A stretch of DNA of 64,000 nucleotides from the human T2T-CHM13v2.0 reference genome, Homo sapiens: assembly GCF_009914755.1 (NCBI RefSeq), contig NC_060933.1. The stretch is one strand, 5' to 3'. Positions 1-15,204 of this stretch are shown piece after piece. Under the pieces are notes generated by a model. The model did not search any database. It worked only from the letters and a program-made list of their open reading frames with translations, and was not told the DNA's origin. Made by a program: the position numbers and the translations under genes. Position 1 is the stretch's first letter. Each line of letters begins with the position of its first letter.

Positions 1-217
1 GTATGAAGAATATATATATATATGAAGAATATATATATGAAGAATATATATGAAGAATATATATATGAAGAATATATATATGAAGAATATATATATGAAG
101 TATATATATGAAGAATATATATATGAAGAATATATATATGAATATATATATGAAGAATATATATGAAGAATATATATATGAAGAACATATATATATGAAG
201 AATATATATATATATAT
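1..217. repeat. AT-rich minisatellite ((TA)nTGAAGAA)n, truncated by window edge
   Basis: repeated tatatatgaagaa units visible directly. Confidence 0.95.
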
Positions 218-509
218 TTGTTTTTTACAGACAGGGTTTCCCTCTGTTGCCCAGGCAAGAGTGCAGTGGCACAATCATAGCTCACTTGCAGCCTTGAATT
301 CCTGGGCTCAAGCAATCTTCTTCTCTCAGCCTCCCGAGTACCTACAACTACAGGTGTGCACTACCACACCTGGCTAATTTTTCATTTTTTTTATAGAGAC
401 AGGGTCTCATCATGTTGCCCAGGCTGGTCTCAGATCCTGGTCTTAAGCGGTCCTCCCACTTCTCATCCTAAAGCACTGGTATTACAGGCATGAGCCTCTG
501 TGCCTGGCC
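218..509 (-). mobile_element. AluJ-type SINE
   Basis: acagggtttccctctgttgcccagg...gcctggcc; J-type 'cctgggctcaagcaatc'. Confidence 0.9.
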
Positions 510-1570
<1,061 letters not shown>

Positions 1571-1579
1571 TTCTTCCAC

Positions 1580-2790
1580 TCTTAGCTTACTAAAAATCTT
1601 GAAAGATTAGCATGACTTATTCTCAGCAAATCTGTGCTGTTCCTAAGTCAACACTGCTTCCTTTACTAAGTGCTTACAAAAGACTCTGTTCTCAAACTTT
1701 CCTCAGTATTGCACTCCAGCTTATCAGCCTAGTTTTTGGAATTCATGTTCCAAAAAAAACTGTCCATCTACTTATCTAGCATTTTCCCAAGACTTTTTCA
1801 AAGGTATTGATGCTGACTCAGCAATGACAAGTGCAAATTTTCTCAGTGTTTTGGGAGACCATTTTTCTGAGCCTAAAGACTTGAGCTAATCAAAAAGCAG
1901 TAAAATATTTCCTGACTACTCTTTCTCTTATCTTGGACTTCAATTTTCTTCTGTTTGTTCTCTTCACTCTCTGCAGTTAGTATAGTGACTAGCTTCCTTG
2001 TTGAAAAAGAAAAAAGCACAACAAAAGTCAGGTAGCTCTGTTTCTGCCTGTTAGTCTCACATACCATCCTCAAAACTGGGTGTCATTAAATTGCTCATCT
2101 TTTTGCCCCAAATGAAGTGAGCATCTACAAAACTTTGGAGTCCTTATAAAAAGTTCTGTGCCGCTTTCTTTTTGATCATATGTTCCACCTTCCTACTCTT
2201 TAAAATACTATTACAAATTGTGGGTTCATCTGAGAGGCTCATAAAGCCTTTCTCTTTCGGATTATCTATGCTTTCTAAATTCACAGCCCATGTAAAAAAT
2301 ATTCAAGTCTATTTTCTATGACATTTTGAAATTGGATTTTCTAAACAGTAAAACATATATGATGTGATTATTTCACATTGCATACCTGTTTCAAAACATC
2401 TCATATACCCTATAAATACATACACCTAATATGTACCCACACAAATTAATTTTAGAAAAGAATATCAACAAGAAGAAGAAAAAGAATATGTGGAGAATTA
2501 AGCCCTGGATTTCACTCACTTCATGTTCATGATTCTGAGATGTCAGGGTTTTCTTCTTCCATGGATCTTGTTACTTACACATTTCCAATGCAGTCTTCCT
2601 TGCTGAACAGAATTTACAACAGTAATAACTGCAGGGTTTCTTCTACCTCCTAAGTAACCAAATCATCAGCCATGCAGGCCAAGAAATCAACAGATTCCCC
2701 GCCTTTAACAGAATGCCCATGTCTGGATGGTCAAGAAGTCCCCCATAGGTACTACGCCAGCTGATGCAGTAGGAAATGCAATGAACTTCC
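1580..2790 (-). mobile_element. CR1/L3 LINE ORF2 remnant (endonuclease end and RT-proximal region)
   Basis: minus-strand translation 2580-2755 gives VVPMGDF / HPD / FLACMADDLVT*EVEE / LLL*ILFSKEDCIGNV, resembling CR1 MGDFNHPD..FLECIEDNFLTQVVEE..LLDLVLTNKEGLVGDV. Confidence 0.65.
2350..2460 (+). mobile_element. L1 3'-end fragment (L1PB/L1MA type)
   Basis: cattgcatacctgtttcaaaacatctcatataccctataaata...atgtacccac. Confidence 0.75.
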
Positions 2791-3469
2791 CTTATCCAAA
2801 GTCGCATACATCTCGTCTGGATTGCTCAGTGCACACGTATCAAGTGCTGCCTGAACTTGGACTTACTCCTCAGCTATTTATGTCATGTGTCTTCACTCCA
2901 AGTTGGGGTTCCTGGCGGCGGGATCAGTGTATATGTAGCCCACACAGTAGACTCACAGGTAGCACACAAGTTCTCCACACACCTTCTGGAGGAGCTGGTT
3001 GGGACAAACTGGTTCCTGTTTTACTTTAGCCTCAATGGGGACAATTCCATATTCCTAATCAGAATTAACACACTGGGGATAAGCTGACAAGGACCTCAGT
3101 AGAACTTTCCAACTGGTAAGCCTCAGAAGGGTTGCAAGTGGGCTGAACCATTTATTCTCCCAGTCCTTGGAGTAAGTGGGCAGGACATGGGGAGCCTGGA
3201 GCTTCAAGCAGCCTTGTCTGCTTGTCCCAGCATGCTATACGTCACTTTCTATGTGTGCCAAGGACAAGAAAAAGTCAGGAAGCCCTGCCACTAGTCCATA
3301 CCCAGTCCATTCGCCCGGAACTGTGGCTCTCCAATTGGGACTCTCTTAGGATAATTGACTCAAGTAGTGTGTTTTTACAGCAGATGGTGTCAGCCAGAAT
3401 CATACCTCCTGATTGAACACCAGAGCAGTAATCATGCTCTTTAAATATTCACAGAGCAAAAAACCCCAA

Positions 3470-3690
3470 AATCTAACATTTTTGAGTGCCCAGTACTTCA
3501 CCATCAGTTAACTTAATCTTCCAACAACCATTTGAAGAAAGGACAATTATTATTATCTTCATTTTATACATAAGGAAAGAGGAGCAGAAAGACCAAGGAG
3601 CTTTCCTCAAGTCATGTAGCTAGTAAATGGCAGAGCTGGGATTTGAACCCAGGTAACCTGGGCTCTCTGAATTGCTAGGCAATACTGCTT
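3470..3690. mobile_element. MIR
   Basis: cattttataca-taaggaaa...gctagtaaatggcagagctgggatttgaacccagg core. Confidence 0.75.
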
Positions 3691-4247
3691 TGCCATGTGT
3701 TTGGAAGGAGCAATCTAATGACAAAAAAGGAACATGCATTGGTACTTAGCTTGGCTTTGCTGCTGTTTGCCTACGTGACCTTAGGTAACTCACTTATCTG
3801 GGTGGCAGACATTGCATTTTTGGACATTAAGCATTCGTATGCCAGGAACTACAGCTCAATGATATAATTTGATCTGTGCCATGTCCGACTGAGAGATGAG
3901 AGAAAGTACAATTTACTCATTCTGGTTTCCCAGATAGCTGTCGCTTATTTCAATTTTAATTTGGTAGAGACTAAACAGACTGATACATTGTTACATGTTC
4001 TTATTGAATTCAGGGAAAGCATACTATTTGGCAACAAGTAGAGTCTATATTTGAAACACTGTACCTTTTTCATAATGGATTTTCGAAGAAAATTGTATCG
4101 ACATCTTAGAAGTGTCATACATTATGAATGTTGTATCTATTAATTAGGGATGATTTCTTATAGCAACTTAGTGGTCTTATATCTAAAAAAAAGACTAGTG
4201 AGAAGGTTGACTCTACTTCATCTTTCTTTTCAGAAAAGGTCAAAATT

Positions 4248-4583
<336 letters not shown>

Positions 4584-5372
4584 TTATAGAGACTAATTGG
4601 CCCAAAACTTTTCCAATTTGTATTTCTTTCAAGAAATGTTCCAATCAACTTTGCAAGCAATTCTGATGCTAGCACAGTTGATGTATGAATCCATGCTAGA
4701 TGGGGAGCTCTTGATCTGATGATGATTAGTTACCTGGAGCCAAAGATGGCATCTTCTTCAACATACCAGCACTGCACAGAAACATAGCAGAACTTTATTC
4801 AATTAATTAGTTTTAGTGCATTTAAATTTTAATTCTCCTTAGGTAATTTATCAAATATCTATTCATAAAAGTTGCACTTTTGACATGAATTCCCTACTTG
4901 TTCCTAACTACATTATGTAGTCTCTGCAAAACTGCAGATTAACATCCCACATCCTAAGGACTGACAAGAGCCTTTGGGGTTCAGTAGTTCCTGGGTCTGA
5001 GTCCTGTGTGAGGTAGGACAGGATATGTGCTTCCATCTCTGAGTCTGGAATTTTCTTTTGGCAAACAACTATCAAATGATTTCAATAAATAGGTGTAAGC
5101 AGGTCCCGACATTTTTCTGCCAGAAAGGCTGTTGTGTTGCAATGCTATTCTTGCTAGGTTTTGCAATGGCTTCCTCATTGTGTGTGTGCCTTCACAGGTG
5201 TGCATGTGTGTGCAGTCCAGAGAATTACTATTTCATGAGTTGATTTTTGCTCAGAGGCTCATGACCAAGTTTATTCAATCTTTTTCTTGCCTAAAGAAAA
5301 AAAAATACAAATATAGTTGTTTTGCCTTACAACAGTCACTTCTAATAAGCTAGACTTTCCATTCTGGGTTTC

Positions 5373-5754
<382 letters not shown>

Positions 5755-6671
5755 TAACAGACTTTCCCCTAACCACTTGTTTAAATACATCCTCAAACAG
5801 TGTTATATGAGAGCCCCCAAAGGGACAGTAAGACAAAAATAATCATTGTCACGAAAGCTCAGCTGTGAGTGTAAAATAATGTCCACAAAGCAGATTCTTT
5901 GTCATCCTGTGCACTCTGACAGAGCTACGGCAGACTCAGGCATGAGCTGGGAAGTGTTATTTTTCCACTCCCCAGACGCCATCCGGCTCACTGAATGAAT
6001 GAAATTAAAACATTATTCATCCCGGAATGTAGTTCAGGTTAGATGAATAAGATGCATAATCTGTTAAGAGTAGGTTTTAGACATTCTAATTGCACAAGAC
6101 ACCAATGTGAGTCAGAGTTGGAGCTGAACACTGGGTACGTGTTTCTAGGGTGATACAGATGAGGATTAATTTATTTTGGTATTCATTAGTGCTTAAAAAT
6201 TTCCGCAAATGATCCTCTCTCTGTTCCCCAATTCTTGCAGGTTTTTCAGAAGCTTCTATTATGAACATCCTTAGTTGGCCTCCGAAGCTGTAACACTGAT
6301 ATGAATTTTAAGGGCTTAATGGTTTAATTGCCTTTAATACAGACAGTGTCCATTATTCAGCCAGGGAATGAAGCTGGTTGAGCATTAGCATAGCAACACC
6401 TCTTGCTTTTGAGGTCTCAGTGCAGAATGTGGATGTTTAAACCATTCACCATTCAGTAGGGGACGATTAGGAGGTTTCTGTGGGTTTCTTATAACATGAG
6501 CCTACAGGGATGTTCCTCTAATTATTCTAATCCTTTTTTAGTGGATGGCCTAGACTACAGCAGTTTTAATATTTTAAATTCTGCAGCCTTTCATCCAATA
6601 AAACCACAGGTGACTCTTGGGATGTGGCTGTAATTTCAGTTCCAATATATTGAAACTTTAATTGTAACTAG

Positions 6672-7203
<532 letters not shown>

Positions 7204-7955
7204 TGGAAACCTACTTTTAAAAAAATGTCTGGTAAATATCAACTCATTCAAGCCTTCCCTTTCCTCACTATTATAAATGCTAAGATGACATGGTTAATTG
7301 TACTTCATCAGCCTGATCTTTATTAAGGAGCATGACTCAAGAATAGGGGTTTCAGATGGTTCACAGAAAACATATAACAAACCGTCTTTAGAAAGATTAA
7401 AAGGTGCATAGCCTTGTTCACAGAGAATGTAATTAAAACAGAAATTCTGGATTTTACCCATCAGACTAAGTTAAAAAAAAAAAAAAAGCTAGCAAAGGCT
7501 ATGATTTGCTTCCTGTGAGGTCACAAAGGCATTGTCATAATTGCTGGGGGTGTCTGTGAGCTGGGGGGAGTATAAACAGGTGGAATATATTTGGAGAGAA
7601 ATTTCATTAGACAATATCCAACTTAAATATGCACATACCTTTTAACCTGGATGCTACTTCGAGGGAATTTATTCTACAGATAGATTTGTTCAAGTGCACA
7701 AACACAAGGTACAAGAATGGCAGCACCACTGTAACTTGAGGGAGTTGATGCAGCTTAAATGTCCATCAATATTGATTGGTTAAATATATGCTCATTTATA
7801 CATGGAGTAGCTCTAGATTGACAAGGAAAAATGCTAACAATGTTTGCTTCCAAGGAAAACTGGGGAATAAGAAGGTGGAAAGGAAAAGTAACTTTTGGCT
7901 ATTTGTATTTGAATTTTTACTATTGTTTGTATTATCTATCTTAAAAAAGGCAACA

Positions 7956-8260
7956 GGCCAGGTGCAGTAGCTCTCCCCTGTAAACCCAGTATTTGGGGAG
8001 GCCAAGGCAAGAGGATCGCTTGAGCCCAGGAGTTCACACCAGCCTGTGCAACATGGCAAGACCCCATCTCTACAAAAATTTTTTAAAAATTTAGCAAAGC
8101 ATGGTGGTGCATGCCAGCTACTCAGGAGGCTGAAGTGAGAGGATCACTTGAGCCCCGGAGGTGGAGGCTGCAGTGGGCCATGATTGCACCACTGCACTCC
8201 AGCCTGGGTGACAGAGACAGACCGTGTCTCAAAAACAAACAAACAAAAACAACAACAAAA
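7956..8260 (+). mobile_element. AluJ with (CAAA)-type tail
   Basis: ggatcgcttgagcccaggag; TSD ggcaaca. Confidence 0.9.
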
Positions 8261-8763
8261 TGGCAACAAAGCACAGTGGTTCCCTTTTGTTACTAACTTT
8301 CCACTCAGTCTCCTGATAGTTAAAATCTTCCTCCAATTCGTCTAAGATGAAATCCCAAATTAGACAAGGTGGGAATGGAGCAGACGCTCTGTTTCAATTC
8401 TCCAAGCCTCTGAGTCCCAATCGTAGCAGCAGAATGGACTCTCAGCCATCTCACCAATTCTTTACTCTATGCCAATTCTGCCATGTGCAGATGGGAAAGC
8501 ATTGTCCACATTCTGCCTGGACAGTTATTTCCTAGTATTCTCGGACAGAAATATCATTTCTATTTCTTTTTTCTTTCCTCAAAAGATCCCCATGGTGTTT
8601 CTGCTCTGAGTTTGTTAGTTTCAAAGAGACATGTCTTTATATATGTGTTAATGCTCTTACATCTGATCTGTCCTTTGGAACCAAACACCCCTTTCCCTTT
8701 GTAAACTTAGAATATACATCTCAAACCATCAATCTATTAGAAATACCATTTCTTCAGCTAGAC

Positions 8764-9070
<307 letters not shown>

Positions 9071-9149
9071 TGAGCTATTTTGAATCTCTTTGGCCTGTTT
9101 CTGTCCACATGGACAGCTACGACCTTACGAACCACTAAAAATTCTTACC

Positions 9150-9350
9150 ATCTAGCATCAAACACTGCGCAAAACATCTTTTGTATATAATGTCATTTAT
9201 TGATAATTCTCTTATCAGTGAGATACTGGTAAATTCCATCTGGGGATGAGGAAAATGAGGTGTCCAGAAGAAATTGGCCAAAGGTCCCATGGCTAGTAAG
9301 TGGCAAAGCTGGGATTCAAATCGTGTGAGATTCCAAAGCTTCCACACTTC
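9150..9350. mobile_element. MIR
   Basis: gatgaggaaaatgagg...ggctagtaagtggcaaagctgggattcaaa. Confidence 0.7.
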
Positions 9351-11864
9351 ACCTAATCAGAGAACTATGGGGCTCTTGTCCCTTGACAAAACCAGACCAC
9401 CACACTGTGGACCCTTTAATCCTTCTCTCATCTGGCTGGCAATGTCTTGCCATTTTACTTCTGCAAACTTCCATCTGTTTCCCAATCATGGGCTCCAGTC
9501 TTAGCCCAGGTGCTTAGACTGGTGTATACACACGCCCAGTCCTTCTCCAACAGCTGGAATTCCCTAGTCCCTTGCTTCTGAAGTGGGAAGGGAGGGCAGA
9601 ACACACACTTGGTTTGATAGATTGCAGGGGGCCAGTTAATGATGAAATTAAAGCCATATAAAGAACCACTAGAATGCTCGCATTTTTCTGCTTCACCTTG
9701 GGCCTAAGGAAGTGCATAGCTTTGCTGAGCAGACAGATCTAGTTACTTATTATGATGTGTCCATCCATTGACTTAACATTATGCCTATTTAAAAAAAAAA
9801 AAAAGAGTTGACCTCTACTGAGAGTTAAAATTGAGGCATTAAAATAACGATGAACACAAGCAGATAAGTAGCTTTGCTTTCCAAAAGTGAAAAGCAAACC
9901 TGGACTGCCCACCTCAGGCTGTCCTGGGCTGCTAAAATGCAGGATCTTGGGTCTTACCACTGACCATTTAGAATGCCACAATCCACATTTTTAGTAAGTT
10001 GTCCAAGCCATTCTTTAGCTCCCTAATTTTGGCAGAAGTGGGCCTATTTGCAGAACTATTGAGGATTTCTTTTGCTAAGGCTTAGCTGAATGTCCATTTT
10101 ACATGTTTGTCTTTTTGATATCCCCAGGGTTTCTTACAATGTGCCATTTCTCATGTGCAAGGGACCTTTAACAGTGACTTGCTTTTTCTCTCCGCCCCCT
10201 TATGCTTCGCCTCTGCATCTGTCCACCGCCTCCTGTAGCAAGAGAGTGGAAGCAAATCATCCTAGACCAATGTAGGGTATTTTCCTGGTACGTTTGGAAG
10301 ACTTGGTCAGCCAGGGAATTGATTTACAACTCTTAAGTTTGGGAAATACTGATCCGAAGGGATCAATATGGCTGTTCAGGGAGTTCTTTAATGAGCTCAG
10401 ATTTTAAAGGACTAGTTAAAAGCTGTAAAGTCAAGGGCAACAAAAAGACTCTGTCATTACTTGTGTTCAGAGCGGGACCCAGGAGGCTGGAGTCGCTGAC
10501 CTGGAAGGATGGTGCAATATTAACAGGCAAGAAGGACTGAGAGGAATTACCACACTGTCCTTATTCCTCCATCTTTGTGGTTAAGGAGAACCATCTTCAA
10601 CAGAAATGGTAGACCAATAAACGAAATAGGCAAAAGGGTTTTGAAGACCAAGGTAATTAATTACCTGGCAGGATTTAGAGACTTCTGGCATGAATTACAT
10701 CAATCAAATGACAACTGTCAATACACTGTTGGATGTTCTGAGGGACCACAGAAACATGAATAGATGATAAACCAGTACATACCCGAGTTCCAAAATGTAA
10801 AAGTTAATTCCATTAGTTATGGAATAGTGAGTGTGGTTTTACTGTCAAGTAATATTCCAGAAGACATTGTTCATTTGTGAACTCTTTGGAAGGAAGCCAT
10901 AGAGTGGACCGTCTCAAATAAGCAGTGGTTCATTAAGAATAATGTCCAATCTCTGCGGGACTACTGCTGAATGATGCCTGTGGGGACAGGATTTTTAGAC
11001 TGGGGGAGGGGTGGTAAGGTGTGGAGAGGGTTACTAGACCACTGGAGGGGGTGTGTTTGGGGAGAAGACAGTAAACAGCGTTATTAGATCACAGGTGATG
11101 GAGATGAACAAGGTTACCAGCCCTGGTGTGTGTGAGTGGGAGATATGGACAGTTATGACTGGTAGTGGTGATGGTGGAGGGAACATGGTTACCAGGCCAC
11201 ACTGGTGGGGGCTGTATGGACAGTTAGCTACCTACTGGTGTGGTGGTAATGCAGATGGACAGGGGTTACTAGATGGCTGGAGGGAGTGGATGGCTCTCTG
11301 GTTAGCAATTAGATTTCAGTGGAGTGAACTGTTCAACATCATCTAGCAGTCTCATGGAGATATGGATCCCCACGGTTGCAAATGGTGGGATGAAGGGTGA
11401 GAGGCAAGAGACCACTGTGGTTGAGACCATAGGCTCTGGAATACAGGCTGCTTGGTTAAACTCTAAGCCTGAGCTTCCCTATCTATGAAAAACAGGATAC
11501 TACCCATCTCACAGAGTGGTCAGGAAATGAAGTGACACATGCAAAGCCTAGCATTAGATGACTAGCCCCTATATATTAGCGCAGATCAATGTCTACCTAC
11601 CGGGGTTTCCAATGTCACGTGGCTGGACTTTCTTCTGCCCTGTACAGCATGATACCAATGCCTCAAACGAGAACACAGCTGACACACTGAGTAATATTCA
11701 GATGATGAAACTGAATCTAGAAGTCACATGGTGGTCAGTGTCCTACTCACAGTATGATGCCCCCATACTGGATAAGGTTGTTCAGATACCTTCAGACCAG
11801 CCCAGAGATGATGTATTATTGCCTGTTATCTGGTTAGACATCTCCTTTCAAATGAATGTGGAAT

Positions 11865-13020
11865 AATCCATTTGCTGAGCAGACATTCACTGAGCACCTG
11901 CTATCTGTCAGGTGCTGGGGAACAAAGGCAAGTAAGACACAAAGCTCAGATTGATGCAGTGTACAGGTTTCAGGATGAGATAAACAAAAGAGCCCATTTT
12001 AATACAAAGCTGTAAGTGCAACGTTGCTATAGATGGGGGTAGAAAGGGAGGGGGTTATTACTGGAACACAGAAATTAACCCAATTTGCAGAGGTGGGGCC
12101 GTCAAGAGTCCCTGGGAGAAGATGTCTGGGCAGAGGCAGACATTGAGCAGGAGTTAGGGGAAGGGATGGGAGTGACAGAATTCTAGGCAGAAAGAACAGT
12201 ATTTGCAAAGGCACAGATGTGAGTAACAGCAGGGTGTGGCACATGCCAGGAACCACAAGCAATTTGGCATTGAAGGATTTTCAACAGTAGGGTGAGAAAT
12301 GGTGGATATATGCTAGAGCAAGAGGATGGAGACACGGAGTGGGGAATTCCACTGAGAGGCCCTTGGACTTCATCCTCAGGGTAATGGCAAGCACTGCAAT
12401 GGCACAGGCCGACTGTGTTTTAGAAAGATCACTCTAGTGACTGGGAGGAGCATGAGCTTGTCAGGAGCAACTGGAGTCAGGGAGATCAGGAAGGGCACCT
12501 CTGAGCCAGAGAAAAGATGCTCCTATGGGATCCATGCCAGTAAGAAGAGAGAAGAAAGCCCAAGTATGAATACCAAGGCAGAGGTGAACAGACCTAGGTA
12601 CTGTTTGGATATGGGTGGCGACAGGGAGAAGAGTTGTAGATGATGTATACATTCTTACTGTGGGTAAAAAAGGGAATTCAGGCAGAAGAAAAGTTTTGTG
12701 GGAGGAGGGTAAAAGATGATCGATTTGATTTTTGATAGGTGGAGTTTGACGTGTACACAGGATACCCAAGTTGAAATGTCAGTCCAAAAGTTCACAGGAC
12801 AGTCTGGGTTACAGAGGATGGTTTCAGAGTCAACAGCATGATAAAATCATGACAGAATGAGAAGACTTGGGTAGACTGTGGTGAAAAGAGCAGTGAGCAG
12901 AAGAAAGACCTTTAGAAAACACCAACAGGTAATAGGATGGCAGAAAAGGAGGCTGTTAAGACTGAACTGGTCAACTGCTGTAGAGAAAGGTCCACTAAGT
13001 TAAGGAATGAAAAGTGTACA
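11865..13020. mobile_element. L2 fragments
   Basis: cattcactgagcacctgctatctgtcaggtgctgggg; gtttagaaagatcactctagtg; purine-rich L2 3' region. Confidence 0.65.
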
Positions 13021-13054
13021 CTTCATTTAACAATCAGGATATCATAAGTATGCA

Positions 13055-13400
13055 TACTGGTGAGGCTTCTTGGTTGCAGACAACTGAAACCACTCAAGTT
13101 ACTTTAAGCAGAGAGGTATTTATTAGAGGGTATTATATGGCATACACAATTTCCAGGAGCCCACAGATAAGGGTTTGGATGCCTTCCTGCCAGGAAGAGC
13201 ACAAGTAGCCAGGACAAACACGTACCTTTACAGGACTATTACTGAGGAAATCCCACTGCCACCACTTCTCTCTACTCAGCACCTGTGACAGGCAGGACAA
13301 CCTTCACCAGAGTTGCCCCAGATGAAGAAAGGCATCAGCTGCTGTGCCTATAAGATCCACTCTTGCCAAGAGCAGCCTCATTCTAGGATGATCTTGCTCC
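13055..13400. mobile_element. Old MaLR (MLT1-type) LTR fragment
   Basis: ttcttggttgcagacaactgaaaccactcaagttactttaagcaga MLT1-like terminus. Confidence 0.5.
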
Positions 13401-13545
13401 ACCCACCTAACTGAATGCTCACCTTCAGACTTCCAAAAGCCAACTGTTCTGTTACCAAGGTCATTCACAAATGAGACTTCTGCATAGCAACAAGAATCAA
13501 TTTAAAAAAAATGAAGATGGAGTCAAAAAAAAAGCAAGAATAATC

Positions 13546-13551
13546 TTTATT
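13546..13551 (-). terminator. Polyadenylation signal AATAAA (probable distal site of short isoform)
   Basis: plus 'tttatt'; downstream on minus strand ttttttttt-gactccatcttcattttttttt (U-rich DSE). Further AATAAA at 13608-13613, 14403-14408, 14708-14713. Confidence 0.7.
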
Positions 13552-14524
13552 CCTTGGAAACACATTTGTAAAAATGCTATCAATAAGATGAAAAGATTCA
13601 GAACACATTTATTTGTATGCAGCACATACACTGAGCATCAGAACGTCTGCTAAAATGGAATACACCTGTAAACAAATGCCTTAGGGAGAGTTTATAGGTA
13701 GTCAGCTCCACTGTGCAAGGTATGCAGCTGATACCTTCTTGCTGAATAGATTTTTGCAGTAGCCAAAAAAGATCAGATTTTAGTAATAAAATATCTCAAA
13801 GGATGTCAAACATTTTTTAGAGGGCCTAACATGGGCAAAATTACAATTACATATACAAAAATGGCACAAGAATCAACTGATTTCACAGAAATACTAATAA
13901 AACATTTCAGGTCTATTATTAAGAGAAAAAAATGTTTGACTCAGGGCTTGAAATGGGGGAAATAAATATTTTGGTACAAGCTTTAACCTAAAAGACAACA
14001 TATTGATTTCTGGTTCTACCAACAGACTAGGGCAACAACCATCTCATCCTACTCTACAGAATGCTTTGGCACAACTTCAAGAAAACCTTATATGCTTTCA
14101 TTTGAGCCATAAATGATCTTGATTGCACGTTGCTTTTTAAGAGTGAAGTCTAGGGTAAAAACCAATCCCCCAATTCTGACAGTGTGTATTCACAATTATG
14201 TCTTCTGAAATCACGCAAGTTAGCAGCACCAATCATTAAGACATTAAAAATTATTCCCATACTTGAGCAGCAAATTCGATCAAAACAAATGCTATGCAAT
14301 TTAAGATTAGTACGACTGCTTAAATTCAAAGTAGCTCAACTGCTTTAAGATGTGAAATTCAAAGTCCCCCTGTATCTATATAACATCTAATAAGTTATAT
14401 ACTTTATTTAGCTTCTGAAAGGAGTAACTCTGTCAAGGAAGTGGGTATTGCAGTTTTCCTTGTGATAAAATTAGTTTGAATGTATGTCCTCAACCTAAAC
14501 AAAATGAAATGTTAACAAATTGCA

Positions 14525-14670
14525 GAATTTTAGAGTTGGAAAGGACCTTGGAGATCACTTAGTCCAACCCTCTCTTTTCAGATGGGGAAAATGAGGTCAA
14601 TGAAGGGGAAATGACTCGTCCAGGCCACACTAGGGAAACTGGACCCTAGCAATCTCAACTTCTACGACAG
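14525..14670. mobile_element. MIR embedded in the 3'UTR
   Basis: ttagagttggaaaggaccttggagatcacttagtccaaccc...cagatggggaaaatgagg. Confidence 0.75.
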
Positions 14671-15033
14671 GAATATATGCTGAGCAATCTTCCCAAGCTC
14701 TTCTGGTTTTATTTGCTCCCATTAATTAAATAACAAAGAACATCAGGAACATAGTAAAATGATAAACATAGACTTTGACTCCAATTTTAAAATCAGAACA
14801 TCAATATGATTCCTGAGCCTTTACCTTCATTTTAATGAGAATGCAGTCAACAGTAAATTATGACAAGCTATAGTGGTTTTATCTTCAAATATTTACATGG
14901 ACACCAAAAACACCTTTCAGGACTACTCCTTAAAGACACTCGTCCAAACACATCCATCCATCTGAGGCCAAGACACTTTTCATGGAATGCAATGAAACTA
15001 TGAAGGTGAATGGAAGAGAGATGCTTCAGTCTC

Positions 15034-15181
15034 TCAAAGTGCAGTCATGAGTTTATCTCGATACATCATACTTTGCATCCCTCCTAAGTTCTTCTGGTTC
15101 TGGTCGTGGACATAATCAAAATGGCTGTCATCTCCACTGGCCGATGCTTTCCAATGCGACCTGTCATCCTGAAAGGATGGC
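15034..15181 (-). CDS. EPB41L4B: EPB41L4B short-isoform terminal exon, coding part: (R)PSFQDDRSHWKASASGDDSHFDYVHDQNQKNLGGMQSMMYRDKLMTAL*
   Basis: aaaacag|GCCATCC; in frame with exon 15; TGA at 15034-15036; exons 2-16 sum to 416 aa, which with a recalled 102-aa exon 1 gives the recalled 518-aa isoform. Confidence 0.93.
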
Positions 15182-15204
15182 CTGTTTTGTTTGCAGAGCG
15201 AATG

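Larger units (their letters stand above)
13530..15033 (-). other. EPB41L4B: 3'UTR of the short EPB41L4B isoform
   Basis: AU-rich, Alu-free stretch after the stop, ending near AATAAA (13546-13551) followed by U-rich downstream element; exact 3' end inferred. Confidence 0.75.

Noticed and set aside
108-377. MKNIY-repeat ORF
   Set aside because: Minisatellite plus Alu translation artefact
3406-3408. Possible 3-nt microexon cag|GAG|gtatga
   Set aside because: Weak pyrimidine tract; such a pattern is expected by chance
10983-11290. CRISPR-like repeat-spacer interpretation of the degenerate array
   Set aside because: Eukaryotic intron, repeats highly degenerate, spacing irregular, no cas genes
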